The notes under the pieces are model-generated. The model ran no database searches, was not told the origin of the DNA, and saw only the letters and a list, made by a program, of their open reading frames with translations. From the NCBI GenBank assembly GCA_963556825.1, contig CAUWAM010000004.1, positions 26,234 to 90,233 on the forward strand: a DNA stretch of 64,000 nt, written 5' to 3'. Both the position numbers and the translations under genes were made by a program. This stretch comes from an uncultured Clostridia bacterium (GTDB lineage Bacteria > Bacillota > Clostridia > TANB77 > CAG-508). Of this stretch, positions 20,196 through 28,731 are shown piece after piece. The stretch's first letter is position 1; each line of letters starts with the position of its first letter.

Positions 20196-20248
20196 TATAG
20201 ATTAATTTTTCTTTTTATGGTATTATATATAACTAGTAAGTTGTTGCT
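20196..20248 (+). repeat. direct repeat copy 1 (promoter/leader-like) paired with 21906..21960
   Basis: TATAGA-nn-AATTTTTCTTTTTATG(G/A)TATTATA...TAGTAA-TTGTTGCT shared between the copies. Confidence 0.65.
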
Positions 20249-20309
20249 TACCTTAATTAGCAAATAGTTCACTATTTTTGATGTAATATACAAAATTTTT
20301 CGAAAAATA

Positions 20310-20338
20310 TTGATTATTGCTAAAAAATATGGTATATT
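20310..20338 (+). promoter_or_regulatory. sigma-A-like promoter of the type III TA operon
   Basis: TTGATT-N17-TATATT with TG extension. Confidence 0.5.
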
Positions 20339-20399
20339 TAAAATACAGAAAGCAATAAATTTATATAAATTGCATATAATATTATTGCTAGAAATAGCG

Positions 20400-20513
20400 A
20401 AAAAGTTGGTGAATCCAGCCGTAAAGTTGGAACTTAAAAAAGCGGTGAATCCAGCCATAAATTGGAATTTGAAAAAGCGGTGTTTCCAGCCATAAAATTG
20501 GAACTTAAAAAAG
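20400..20513 (+). ncRNA. type III antitoxin RNA (antiQ/ToxI-like), about 3 tandem 35-36 nt repeats
   Basis: GGTG at 20408, 20444, 20479; unit approximately AAAAAGCGGTGAATCCAGCCATAAATTGGAAYTTR; H-type pseudoknot GGU/GCC plus UCCA/UGGA; lies before a terminator and a ToxN/AbiQ gene. Confidence 0.9.
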
Positions 20514-20543
20514 AGGGATTAGAGGTCAAACTCTAATCCTTTT
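20514..20543 (+). terminator. intrinsic terminator between the antitoxin repeats and the toxin
   Basis: GGATTAGAG-GTCAAA-CTCTAATCC-TTTT. Confidence 0.85.
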
Positions 20544-20600
20544 GCATTATTGTATTTTTATAAATTTTAATATATAATTGAAATGCTAAGGAGGTAATTT

Positions 20601-21107
20601 GTGATGATTATAAATTTAAAAATTGTTAGAGTCAATTCAGATTATTGTGATTATTTAAGAAAATTTGATAATAAGGTAGCTTATAATAAAAATGAGAAAG
20701 AACTAAGACCTTTTATAGGAATATTATTTCAAATAAATTCTTGTGAGTATTTTGCACCATTATCAAGCCCGAAACTTAAACACAAAAATATGAAAAATAC
20801 AGTTGATTTCTTTAAAATAAAAGAAGGTGAATTAGGAGCTGTTAATTTTAATAATATGATACCTGTAACAAAAACGAATTACTCTTTAGTAGACTTAACT
20901 AAAGAAACTTTAACTATTGCAGAATTAAAATATCAAAAATTATTAAGAGAACAATTAGATTGGTTAAATGCAAACTATAAACAAGTAAAAAATAAATCTT
21001 TTAAATTATATCAACTATATAACAACGGAAGATTACCAGAAAATATAAAATTAAGATGCTGTAATTTTAAATTATTAGAAGAGAAATGTGTTGAATATAA
21101 TAAATAA
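20601..21107 (+). CDS. type III toxin-antitoxin endoribonuclease, ToxN/AbiQ family
   Basis: YCDYLRKFDNKV, RPFIGIL, YFAPLSSPK, LGAVNFNNMIPV, CCNFKLLEEKC; canonical repeat-terminator-toxin layout. Confidence 0.92.
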   Translation: MMIINLKIVRVNSDYCDYLRKFDNKVAYNKNEKELRPFIGILFQINSCEYFAPLSSPKLKHKNMKNTVDFFKIKEGELGAVNFNNMIPVTKTNYSLVDLTKETLTIAELKYQKLLREQLDWLNANYKQVKNKSFKLYQLYNNGRLPENIKLRCCNFKLLEEKCVEYNK

Positions 21108-21113
21108 CATCTA

Positions 21114-21137
21114 AGCGACAACTTACAAGTTGTCGCT
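21114..21137. terminator. perfect hairpin after the toxin gene
   Basis: AGCGACAACTT-AC-AAGTTGTCGCT; no T-tract. Confidence 0.45.
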
Positions 21138-21183
21138 ATGATTAAAATTATATATAAAATCTATAAAAAGGAATGATACAAAT

Positions 21184-21871
21184 ATGAAAATAGAAAAATT
21201 AATAGAAGAAATTAATAGTAATGAAGAATATAAAAAATTTTTAGAATTTAAAGAAAAAATGTCTAAGAAAGGTCATAATTTAGATAAAAAATTTGCAATA
21301 TTTAAAGATGAGAAAGGAGAGTTTCATATTGTAGAAATTTATATAAATATGGGGCAATGCGTTATGCTTAATTCGAAAAGTCAACAAGGCGAAGATACTC
21401 GGATACATGCATATATATTTTCATCCTAATATGAGATTTTTTTTAGATACAATATATTGTTATGATGCATTTAGAGGAAGAAAAATAGCAAGTAATTTAA
21501 GTGAAATTGCTGATTATATAATGCAAAAATATCAAGGTTATAAAATTAGAGGGGTATATGAACCAGGACAACTATCAACAGATAGAACAAATAATATTAT
21601 TAGAGATAAAGGTGAATTAGAAAATAGGGCAGATAATTTCTATCAATCAATGGGATATAAAAAAATAAACTATAAAGATTTTAGAGAACATCCAGAAAGA
21701 TATTCTGGAATAAATGAGGATTTAGATTTTAAGTTAGGAGAAGAAATACCAGAAACAATTATTGTAAAAACTATAACACCGAAACGACAATATCCATTTA
21801 AAGTTATTAGTGGAGTATTGGTTAATAAAAATGCTTTAGAAAGAGAACTAGAAATAGAAGAAGAACGATAG
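21184..21871 (+). CDS. GNAT-like acetyltransferase split by a +1 frame change near CGG 21400 (about 228 aa if joined)
   Basis: ORFs 21184..21429 and 21407..21871 overlap in the +1 frame. Joined reading: ...GEDT-GYMHIYFHPNMRFFLDTIYCYDAFRGRKIAS (GNAT motif A) ...FYQSMGY. Confidence 0.6.
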
Positions 21872-21905
21872 AATTTTAATAATAGGAAACTACTTTATGC
21901 GAAAG

Positions 21906-21960
21906 TATAGAGAAATTTTTCTTTTTATGATATTATAACAACAGATAGTAATTTGTTGCT
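21906..21960 (+). repeat. direct repeat copy 2 (promoter/leader-like)
   Basis: Matches 20196..20248; contains extended -10 TGATATTAT. Confidence 0.65.
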
Positions 21961-22000
21961 AAGATTGAATTATAAAGTGAAAGGTAAAATGGTGGTATTT

Positions 22001-22429
22001 ATGAAAAAATATAAAATATTATATTATGTAACAACATTCGTGAGTATGCTAGTTGGATTATGGCATTTCTTTGTTCCGACAATGTTTCAATGGTATGATT
22101 ATTTACCAATACAATATGAAAATTTAATTGTTGGAATAGATTATACTAATTATTGTTTTTCTGCTTTATTATTTGGAAGTAGTTTATTATTGATATTATG
22201 GGGAAAAAGAGCATTTACAGAAAATAGAGAATCAAAAGAAATGTATTTTTTCTTAAGCTTAATATGGTTAATTAGAGCAAGTCTTGCAACATTTATAGAA
22301 CCATGGCCTCTTGAACCTGTTGCTTGGGCAGCGATACTTCAATTAGTTATGTCCGATTTATTAGCAATAGGTATGGTAATAATGAGTTTTAAGTTTTATA
22401 AAATGATAAAAAATAAGGTGGTAATATAA
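22001..22429 (+). CDS. 4-TM membrane protein of unknown function
   Basis: Four hydrophobic segments, 'GLWHFFVP..FQWY'; start could be upstream. Confidence 0.7.
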   Translation: MKKYKILYYVTTFVSMLVGLWHFFVPTMFQWYDYLPIQYENLIVGIDYTNYCFSALLFGSSLLLILWGKRAFTENRESKEMYFFLSLIWLIRASLATFIEPWPLEPVAWAAILQLVMSDLLAIGMVIMSFKFYKMIKNKVVI

Positions 22430-22513
22430 ATTACAATTTATTAAAAGGTTGCATGTCGATTTATATGAAGAAAAAAAAGAAAAGATAAAAACAATAAATA
22501 AGGAGAGATATAC

Positions 22514-23416
22514 ATGTTACACAAAATGAAATTAAATGAAAGTCCATTTGAAAGAATAAAGAATGGAACAAAGACAATAGAATTTAGATTATATGATGAA
22601 AAAAGGCAAAAAATAAAAGTTGGGGACAAAATAGAGTTTTTAAAATTACCAGATTTACAAGAAAAATTGCTAGTTGATGTTGTTGAATTATATAGGGAAA
22701 ACACATTTGAAAATCTATTTAGAAAATTAAATTATGATGAAGAAGACATAATAAGAAACACGAAAGGTATGTATAAAATCTATTCATCTGAAAAAGAACA
22801 ACAATATGGTGTTTTAGGAATTAAAATAAAAATTAATGTAGATAATTTAAAAGAAAGTCTTGAAAGATTTGTTCCATATAATGAACAAGAAGAAGTAGAT
22901 AGAAAAATAATATTAAACTACATTAAGGATTTTGATGATGTGTTGACTAGACAAAACGAATATGGACATTTTACTAGTTCGTCATTTGTTCTTAATAAAG
23001 AAAGAACAAAAATTTTAATGATATATCACAAAATTTATAATTCATGGGCGTGGACAGGTGGACACAGTGATGGAGATAGTAATCTTTTATATGTAGCTAT
23101 GAAAGAAGCTAAAGAAGAAACGGGAATAAGAAAAGTAAATCCTATTTTTAGAGATATATATTCTCTAGAATTAATTAATGTAAATGGGCATGAAAAGAGA
23201 GGAAAATATGTGAGTTCACATGTTCATCTTAATTTAACATATTTATTAGAAGCTGATGAAAATGAACAAATACATATAAAAGAAGATGAAAATAGTGGTG
23301 TAAAGTGGGTTCCTATTGATGAGATTTTGAAAGTAACATCTGAAACATGGGTACGAGATAGAGTTTATGCTAAAATAATAAACAAGATGAAAAGAGATGG
23401 AATTTTGAAAGATTGA
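22514..23416 (+). CDS. ASCH (RNA-binding) domain fused to a NUDIX hydrolase
   Basis: IKNGTKTIEFRLYDEKRQKIKVGDKIEF (ASCH); GGHSDG...AMKEAKEETGI Nudix box. Confidence 0.85.
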   Translation: MLHKMKLNESPFERIKNGTKTIEFRLYDEKRQKIKVGDKIEFLKLPDLQEKLLVDVVELYRENTFENLFRKLNYDEEDIIRNTKGMYKIYSSEKEQQYGVLGIKIKINVDNLKESLERFVPYNEQEEVDRKIILNYIKDFDDVLTRQNEYGHFTSSSFVLNKERTKILMIYHKIYNSWAWTGGHSDGDSNLLYVAMKEAKEETGIRKVNPIFRDIYSLELINVNGHEKRGKYVSSHVHLNLTYLLEADENEQIHIKEDENSGVKWVPIDEILKVTSETWVRDRVYAKIINKMKRDGILKD

Positions 23417-23438
23417 TAAAAGACAATTAGAATTATAA

Positions 23439-23471
23439 GAGCTAGATAATAAGTAATCTAGCTCTTTTTTT
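23439..23471 (+). terminator. intrinsic terminator at approximate island end
   Basis: AGAGCTAGAT...ATCTAGCTCT followed by T-run. Confidence 0.7.
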
Positions 23472-23650
23472 GATGTGTAAAAAATACAATAGAAATACAT
23501 AAAATTTTAAATTTTTACATTTATATTACAATTTTGCAAATTTATTGACTAAAAAAAAACACAATGATATAATAAAAACTGAAAAAAGTAAAAAAATAGC
23601 AAAAAAGAAAAAATATAGAAAAAACTAAAGAATTGGAGGAAATCATAAAG

Positions 23651-25171
23651 ATGAAAACGCTAAAAAAAATATTAGCAAGTATAATAATCTTAACAGTAGT
23701 AACATATATATTATCATCAATATTAATTCAAAACAAATCATTAGCAGTAACTCAAAGCATAAGTTCTGATATAAATTCAATAAACACATCAAAATATCCA
23801 GGAATAAAAGAAAAAATACAAGCGTTACAAAAAAAATATTCAAATTGGAAATTTAAAATACTTTATACAGGATTAGACTTCAATGAAGTAATTTCAAATG
23901 AATATACAGGACATGGAAAATCTCCAAAAAACTTAATATATAAATCAAATAATTATCAAGGTGCATGGATTTGTTCAATATGTCAAGATAAAAAATATGA
24001 TAACGGAAGTTGGAGATGTGCATCAGAAGAAGCTATCAAATATATGATGGACCCAAGAAATTCAATAAATGAATCAGACATATTTCAATTTGAAGAATTA
24101 ACAAAAACAGAGACAAATATAAATACAATTAAAAATATGACAAACGGAACATTTTTGGCTGGCTATGAACAAGCAATAATTAATGCATCAAATAATAATA
24201 ATGTTAATGCTTGTTATATTGTAGCAAGATTAATCCAAGAACAAGGAAAAAATGGAACAGTTTTAACATCTGGTAAAGGATATAAAGGTCAATATGTTGG
24301 TTATTATAATGCATTCAACAGAGGTGCTTCAGGAAACTCTACAGAAGAAATTTTATTAAATGGACTAGCAACAGCTAAAAAGTATGGATGGACAAGTTTA
24401 GAAAAATCAATAAATGGTGGAATAGATTTTATAGCAAAACAATATATACATAAAGGACAAAATACATTATATTTACAAAAATTTGATGTAGAAGCAACAA
24501 ATGGCTTATATTCAAATCAATATATGCAAAATTTAATGGCAGCAGAAAATGAGGGATTAACATTAAGAAATACATATATTAATACAAATTCAATGTCATC
24601 AACACATACATTTATCATACCAGTATATGAAAATATGCCAGTTTCAGACTGTGCAAGACCTGACCCAAATGGTACAAGTAATATAACATCTGATTTAGTA
24701 AGAGTAAATGTAGATAGTACATTAAGAATAAGAAATGAACCTAATGGAAATACAACAGTTGGCTGGTTATATAAAGATGAAATTGTAACGAGATTAGAAA
24801 AAGCAACTTCTAAAATTGGAGGAACCTATTGGGACAAAGTTAAAAAATCTGATGGTACTATAGGTTATGCTGCAAGAGAAACTTATGAAAATGAGAGCAA
24901 TTATAAGTTATATTTAAAACCAATAGATGAAGAAAATAATAATGGTAACGACAATAATAATAGTAACAATAGTGGCAATACTCAAATTTTAAAAGGTGAT
25001 GTAAATAAAGATGGAAAAATAACATCAAGTGATTATGTTTTAATTAAAAATCATATAATGGGAACAAAAGTGTTAAATGAAGAAGAAAAAAAATATGCTG
25101 ACTATAATGGAGATGGAAAAGTAACATCAAGTGATTATGTTTTAATTAAAAATTATATAATGAGTAATTAA
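23651..25171 (+). CDS. secreted beta-N-acetylglucosaminidase-like cell-wall hydrolase with SH3b and C-terminal dockerin
   Basis: Signal peptide; YMMDPRN, ARLIQEQG, GQNTLYLQKFDV, QYMQN; SH3 'LRIRNEP'; two GDVNxDGKxTSSDYVLIK repeats. Confidence 0.8.
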   Translation: MKTLKKILASIIILTVVTYILSSILIQNKSLAVTQSISSDINSINTSKYPGIKEKIQALQKKYSNWKFKILYTGLDFNEVISNEYTGHGKSPKNLIYKSNNYQGAWICSICQDKKYDNGSWRCASEEAIKYMMDPRNSINESDIFQFEELTKTETNINTIKNMTNGTFLAGYEQAIINASNNNNVNACYIVARLIQEQGKNGTVLTSGKGYKGQYVGYYNAFNRGASGNSTEEILLNGLATAKKYGWTSLEKSINGGIDFIAKQYIHKGQNTLYLQKFDVEATNGLYSNQYMQNLMAAENEGLTLRNTYINTNSMSSTHTFIIPVYENMPVSDCARPDPNGTSNITSDLVRVNVDSTLRIRNEPNGNTTVGWLYKDEIVTRLEKATSKIGGTYWDKVKKSDGTIGYAARETYENESNYKLYLKPIDEENNNGNDNNNSNNSGNTQILKGDVNKDGKITSSDYVLIKNHIMGTKVLNEEEKKYADYNGDGKVTSSDYVLIKNYIMSN

Positions 25172-25185
25172 TAAAGGAGATAAGT

Positions 25186-26547
25186 ATGAAAAAATTAAGA
25201 ATTCTAGTAATGGCATTAATAATAGTTTGTACACTGCTTATTATGCCGAAAGCAAATGCGGCAGGGTTAACAATAGCATTTTCAAAATCAAGTGCAAATG
25301 TTGGAGAGAATGTTACAGTTACGGTAAATGGTAATGGAATAGCGGGAAAAATATCATTAAGTGTATCAGGTAATGCTACAGTAAGTCCAAGTAGTGTATG
25401 GGTAGATAATTCTTCAGTAACAGCAACAGTAACAATAAAAGGAACAGGTAATGTAAAAGTAACTGCAACTCCGGTAGATGCTTCTGATTCTACAACAGCA
25501 AATCCATTTACTACTGCAACAGCAGGAACGATTGTTGTAGCAACTCCAAGTTCAAATAATTCTAATCAAAATGGAAATTCAGGCTCAAACTCTGGTTCAG
25601 GTTCAACTTCAAATTCTGGGTCATCAACACAAACTCAGGCAAAATCTAGTGTGGCAACACTTTCAAACTTAGGAATAAATGGTCAATATGACTTTACAGG
25701 ATTTAGATCATCAAAGACTTCATATTCAGTAACAGTACCAAATGAAGTAGAATCAGTAGAAATATATGCAAAAAAAGGTCAAAGTGGACAAAAAATAACT
25801 GGAACTGGAGTAAAACAATTAAAAGAAGGTGCAAATGCAGTAAATGTAGTAGTAACAGCAGAAGATGGAAAAACAACAAAAACATACACAATCAATATAG
25901 AAAGAAAAGCTACTGAAGAAACTCCAGAAACAACAGCTGAAAATCCTGACGAAACAGAAAAACAAGAAATAGTTGGATTAACAGAACTAAAAATAGGAGG
26001 ATTAGAATTAACACCAGAATTTAAAACAGATGTATATAAATATTCTGTAGAACTTAAAGAAGATAAGGATAAAATAGATTTAACAACAGTAGCTACAGTT
26101 GAAAATGCAGAAATAGAAATTACAGGAAATGAAAATCTAAAAGATGGTGAAAATATAATTACTATAATTGTCAAAGCAAAAGATACAGATGAAACAACAA
26201 CATATCAAATAAATGTAAATAAAGTATTACCAAATACAAATACTGTTGAAGCTACAGTTAATAATGTAGAGAATAACAATACTAAAATGATTGTTTTAGG
26301 TGCTTGTTTAGCTATTATATTATTAATTATAATAATTGTTATAATAATTATAAGAAAGAGAAGAAATATAAATGATGGCGAAGAATATTATTATAGTGAA
26401 TTATATAATGATGATGAGAAAAAAGAAGAAAAAGAAGAAATAGAACAAGATAATCAAGTAAATATGCAAGATGAAACAGAATATGAAGAAGAGTATGAAG
26501 AAGAACAAAAAAAGAAAAGACATGCAAAAGGAAAAAGATTTAAATAA
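25186..26547 (+). CDS. membrane-anchored surface protein with cohesin-like N-domain and two cadherin-like beta-sandwich domains
   Basis: Signal peptide; Ser/Asn/Gly linker; 'LKEGANAVNVVVTAEDGKTTKTYTI' and 'LKDGENIITIIVKA' repeats; C-terminal TM, acidic tail, KGKRFK. Confidence 0.75.
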   Translation: MKKLRILVMALIIVCTLLIMPKANAAGLTIAFSKSSANVGENVTVTVNGNGIAGKISLSVSGNATVSPSSVWVDNSSVTATVTIKGTGNVKVTATPVDASDSTTANPFTTATAGTIVVATPSSNNSNQNGNSGSNSGSGSTSNSGSSTQTQAKSSVATLSNLGINGQYDFTGFRSSKTSYSVTVPNEVESVEIYAKKGQSGQKITGTGVKQLKEGANAVNVVVTAEDGKTTKTYTINIERKATEETPETTAENPDETEKQEIVGLTELKIGGLELTPEFKTDVYKYSVELKEDKDKIDLTTVATVENAEIEITGNENLKDGENIITIIVKAKDTDETTTYQINVNKVLPNTNTVEATVNNVENNNTKMIVLGACLAIILLIIIIVIIIIRKRRNINDGEEYYYSELYNDDEKKEEKEEIEQDNQVNMQDETEYEEEYEEEQKKKRHAKGKRFK

Positions 26548-26638
26548 TAGTAATAAAAAATGTCAAAAACCAAATTTATGTTTGACATTTTTTTGTTTGT
26601 ATGATATGATATGAAAAAATCGAAATGGAGTGATATAA

Positions 26639-27289
26639 ATGCCAAGAAAAAAACCAGAACTAAGTAATAGAGAAAAATCAATATTAAAATTCATCGAAAA
26701 ACAAATAATGACAGTTGGTTACCCACCATCAGTAAGAGAAATAGGAAAGGCTGTAGGTTTAAGCTCTACAGCAACAGTACATGGATATTTAGCAAAACTA
26801 GAAGAAAAAGGTTATATCAAAAAACAAGATAAAAAAGGAAGAACATTACGATTATTAAAAGGAGCAACAGGAGAAACTAAAAAAACATCAACAAAAGACT
26901 TCTATACACAAAAAGAATTAGTAGAAGTACCAGTAGTTGGAAAAATAACAGCTGGTATGCCAATATTAGCAGTAGAAAATGTAACAGATACATTCCCAAT
27001 TCCAATAGATTTTGTAGGAAATTCAGATTGTTTTATGCTTACAGTTAGAGGAGAAAGCATGATAGAAGCTGGAATTTTAGATGGAGATTACATATTAGTC
27101 AGAAAGCAAAGCAATGCAAACAATGGGGAAATAGTAGTAGCACTTATAGAAGATGAAGCAACAGTAAAAACATTTTATAAAGAAATAGACCATATTAGAT
27201 TACAACCAGAAAATAGCACAATGGATCCAATAATAGTTCCAACTTGTGAAATTTTAGGAAAAGTTTGTGGTGTATTTAGAAAAATGTAA
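26639..27289 (+). CDS. lexA: SOS repressor LexA
   Basis: [10 protein letters not shown]...[16 protein letters not shown] (Ala-Gly cleavage site), GESM, ATVK. Confidence 0.96.
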   Translation: MPRKKPELSNREKSILKFIEKQIMTVGYPPSVREIGKAVGLSSTATVHGYLAKLEEKGYIKKQDKKGRTLRLLKGATGETKKTSTKDFYTQKELVEVPVVGKITAGMPILAVENVTDTFPIPIDFVGNSDCFMLTVRGESMIEAGILDGDYILVRKQSNANNGEIVVALIEDEATVKTFYKEIDHIRLQPENSTMDPIIVPTCEILGKVCGVFRKM

Positions 27290-27321
27290 TTTTACAAATG
27301 ATAAAAAACAGGAGAAAAAAC

Positions 27322-27981
27322 ATGATAAAAAGAATAATATTTGATATAGATAATACACTGATTCCTTGGAAAAATGAATACTATGAAGAAATACAAAAAG
27401 AATTAACAAATCTAAATATACAATACACAAAACAGGATTATGAAAAAATAAAAGAAGCATTATCTGAATATGAAAATGTATACTATAAATTTAATAAAGA
27501 ATTGATGTTAGAATATATCAATAAATATACAGAAAAAGACTACCCAAAAGAATTTATGTATAACATTCTTGAAAGATGGTCTAATTGTGTACCTGAAAAA
27601 ATTGATTATGCAATAAAAGAAACATTAAGTTATTTGAAAAATAAATATGAAATGGTTATTTTAACAGATTGGTATGCAGAAGAACAAACTAGAAGACTAG
27701 AAAAATTAGAAATAAAAAAATATTTTTCATATGTATATTCGGCAGAAAAAACAAATAGAAAACCATATAAAGAATCATTTATTAAGGCTATTGGTCAAAA
27801 TATACCACAAGAATGTGTTATGATTGGAGATAATATGGAAAGAGACATAAAAGGAGCGTTAAATGCAGGGCTTAAAGCGATATATTTTAACCCTAAAGAG
27901 CAAATAAATATTACTGAAACCACATTAAATTCAGAATATATAACGATTTCAAATTTAAAACAATTAAAAGAACTTTTATAA
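27322..27981 (+). CDS. HAD-superfamily hydrolase
   Basis: FDIDNTL, KP, MIGDNMERDI motifs. Confidence 0.9.
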   Translation: MIKRIIFDIDNTLIPWKNEYYEEIQKELTNLNIQYTKQDYEKIKEALSEYENVYYKFNKELMLEYINKYTEKDYPKEFMYNILERWSNCVPEKIDYAIKETLSYLKNKYEMVILTDWYAEEQTRRLEKLEIKKYFSYVYSAEKTNRKPYKESFIKAIGQNIPQECVMIGDNMERDIKGALNAGLKAIYFNPKEQINITETTLNSEYITISNLKQLKELL

Positions 27982-28016
27982 TATACCAAGTTCACAAAAA
28001 ATTCACATAAATATCA

Positions 28017-28062
28017 TTGACAAATGACACTGTGTCACATATAATGTATGACACGGTGTCAT
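28017..28062 (+). promoter_or_regulatory. sigma-A promoter with two TetR-type palindromic operators
   Basis: TTGACA(28017)-N17-TATAAT(28040); TGACAC-T-GTGTCA 28025-28037 and ATGACAC-G-GTGTCAT 28048-28062. Confidence 0.88.
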
Positions 28063-28087
28063 TATTGATTTAAGGGTGGTGAGTAAT

Positions 28088-28697
28088 ATGCCAAAAGAAA
28101 CGTTTTTAAAACTTTCAGAAGAAAAAAGACAAAAAATAATTAAAGCTGCTAAAAAAGAATTTGAGAGAGTTCCAATAGAGCAGGTATCAATAAAAAACAT
28201 AGTAGAAAATGCAGACATAGCAAGAGGAAGCTTTTATCAATATTTTGAAAGTAAAGAGGATTTACTACGGTTTTATATTAAGTGACCATTTTGAACAAAT
28301 TAATCAAGATATAAAAAATAGTTTGATAGAAACAAAAGGAGATATTTTTAAAATATTTATATATATGTATGACTGTATTGATAGAAATTTTGAAAAAAAT
28401 GAAGATATTGAATTATACAAAAAAATATTTGAAAATATAAAGTCAAGTGAAGATAGTAAAATATTTAAAAAATTAATAGAAGAAAAACCACAAAAAATCA
28501 AAGAATTTTATGAGTACATAGATACAAGTAAATTAAAAGTAAATTCAAAAGAGGATATAGAAACAATTGAAAAAATTTTATTTACATTGACAACAAAAGC
28601 AATAATTATGAGATTTAAATATGATTCAAAAGAAAAAGCAAGAGAAGAATATTTGAAACAATTAGAATATGTAAAATATGGAATATTAAAACCATAA
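28088..28697 (+). CDS. TetR/AcrR regulator split by a +1 frame change near CGG 28268 (about 202 aa if joined)
   Basis: The HTH (IARGSFYQYFESKEDLL) ends in frame 0; the ligand domain (GFILSDH...LEYVKYGI) continues in +1. Confidence 0.8.
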
Positions 28698-28731
28698 ATT
28701 GTCAAAATTAAATACAAATAAGGAGGAGAAA

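Larger units (their letters stand above)
14342..23470. mobile_element. decayed genomic island / accessory region at tRNA-Leu 3' end
   Basis: Starts directly after the tRNA; repeated arm-site-like motif; gene remnants, hypothetical genes and a type III TA module. No integrase or attR seen, so the right boundary is approximate. Confidence 0.6.

Noticed and set aside
20310-20495. 61-aa ORF and antisense ORF 20189..20458 across the repeats
   Set aside because: By-products of the RNA repeats; no RBS and they start within promoter sequence.
20400-20513. CRISPR array
   Set aside because: The repeats are contiguous with no unique spacers and no cas genes; the layout fits a type III antitoxin.
14342-23470. 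Active prophage or ICE with attR
   Set aside because: No integrase, structural or conjugation genes, and I saw no duplicate of the tRNA 3' end.
24930-25640. Asn/Ser/Gly-coding short repeats as a contingency locus
   Set aside because: Imperfect in-frame linker sequence typical of surface proteins.
26556-26594. SOS box upstream of lexA
   Set aside because: Only a partial match (CAAATTTATGTTTG) to GAAC-N4-GTTC; the inverted repeat is equally explained as the upstream gene's terminator.
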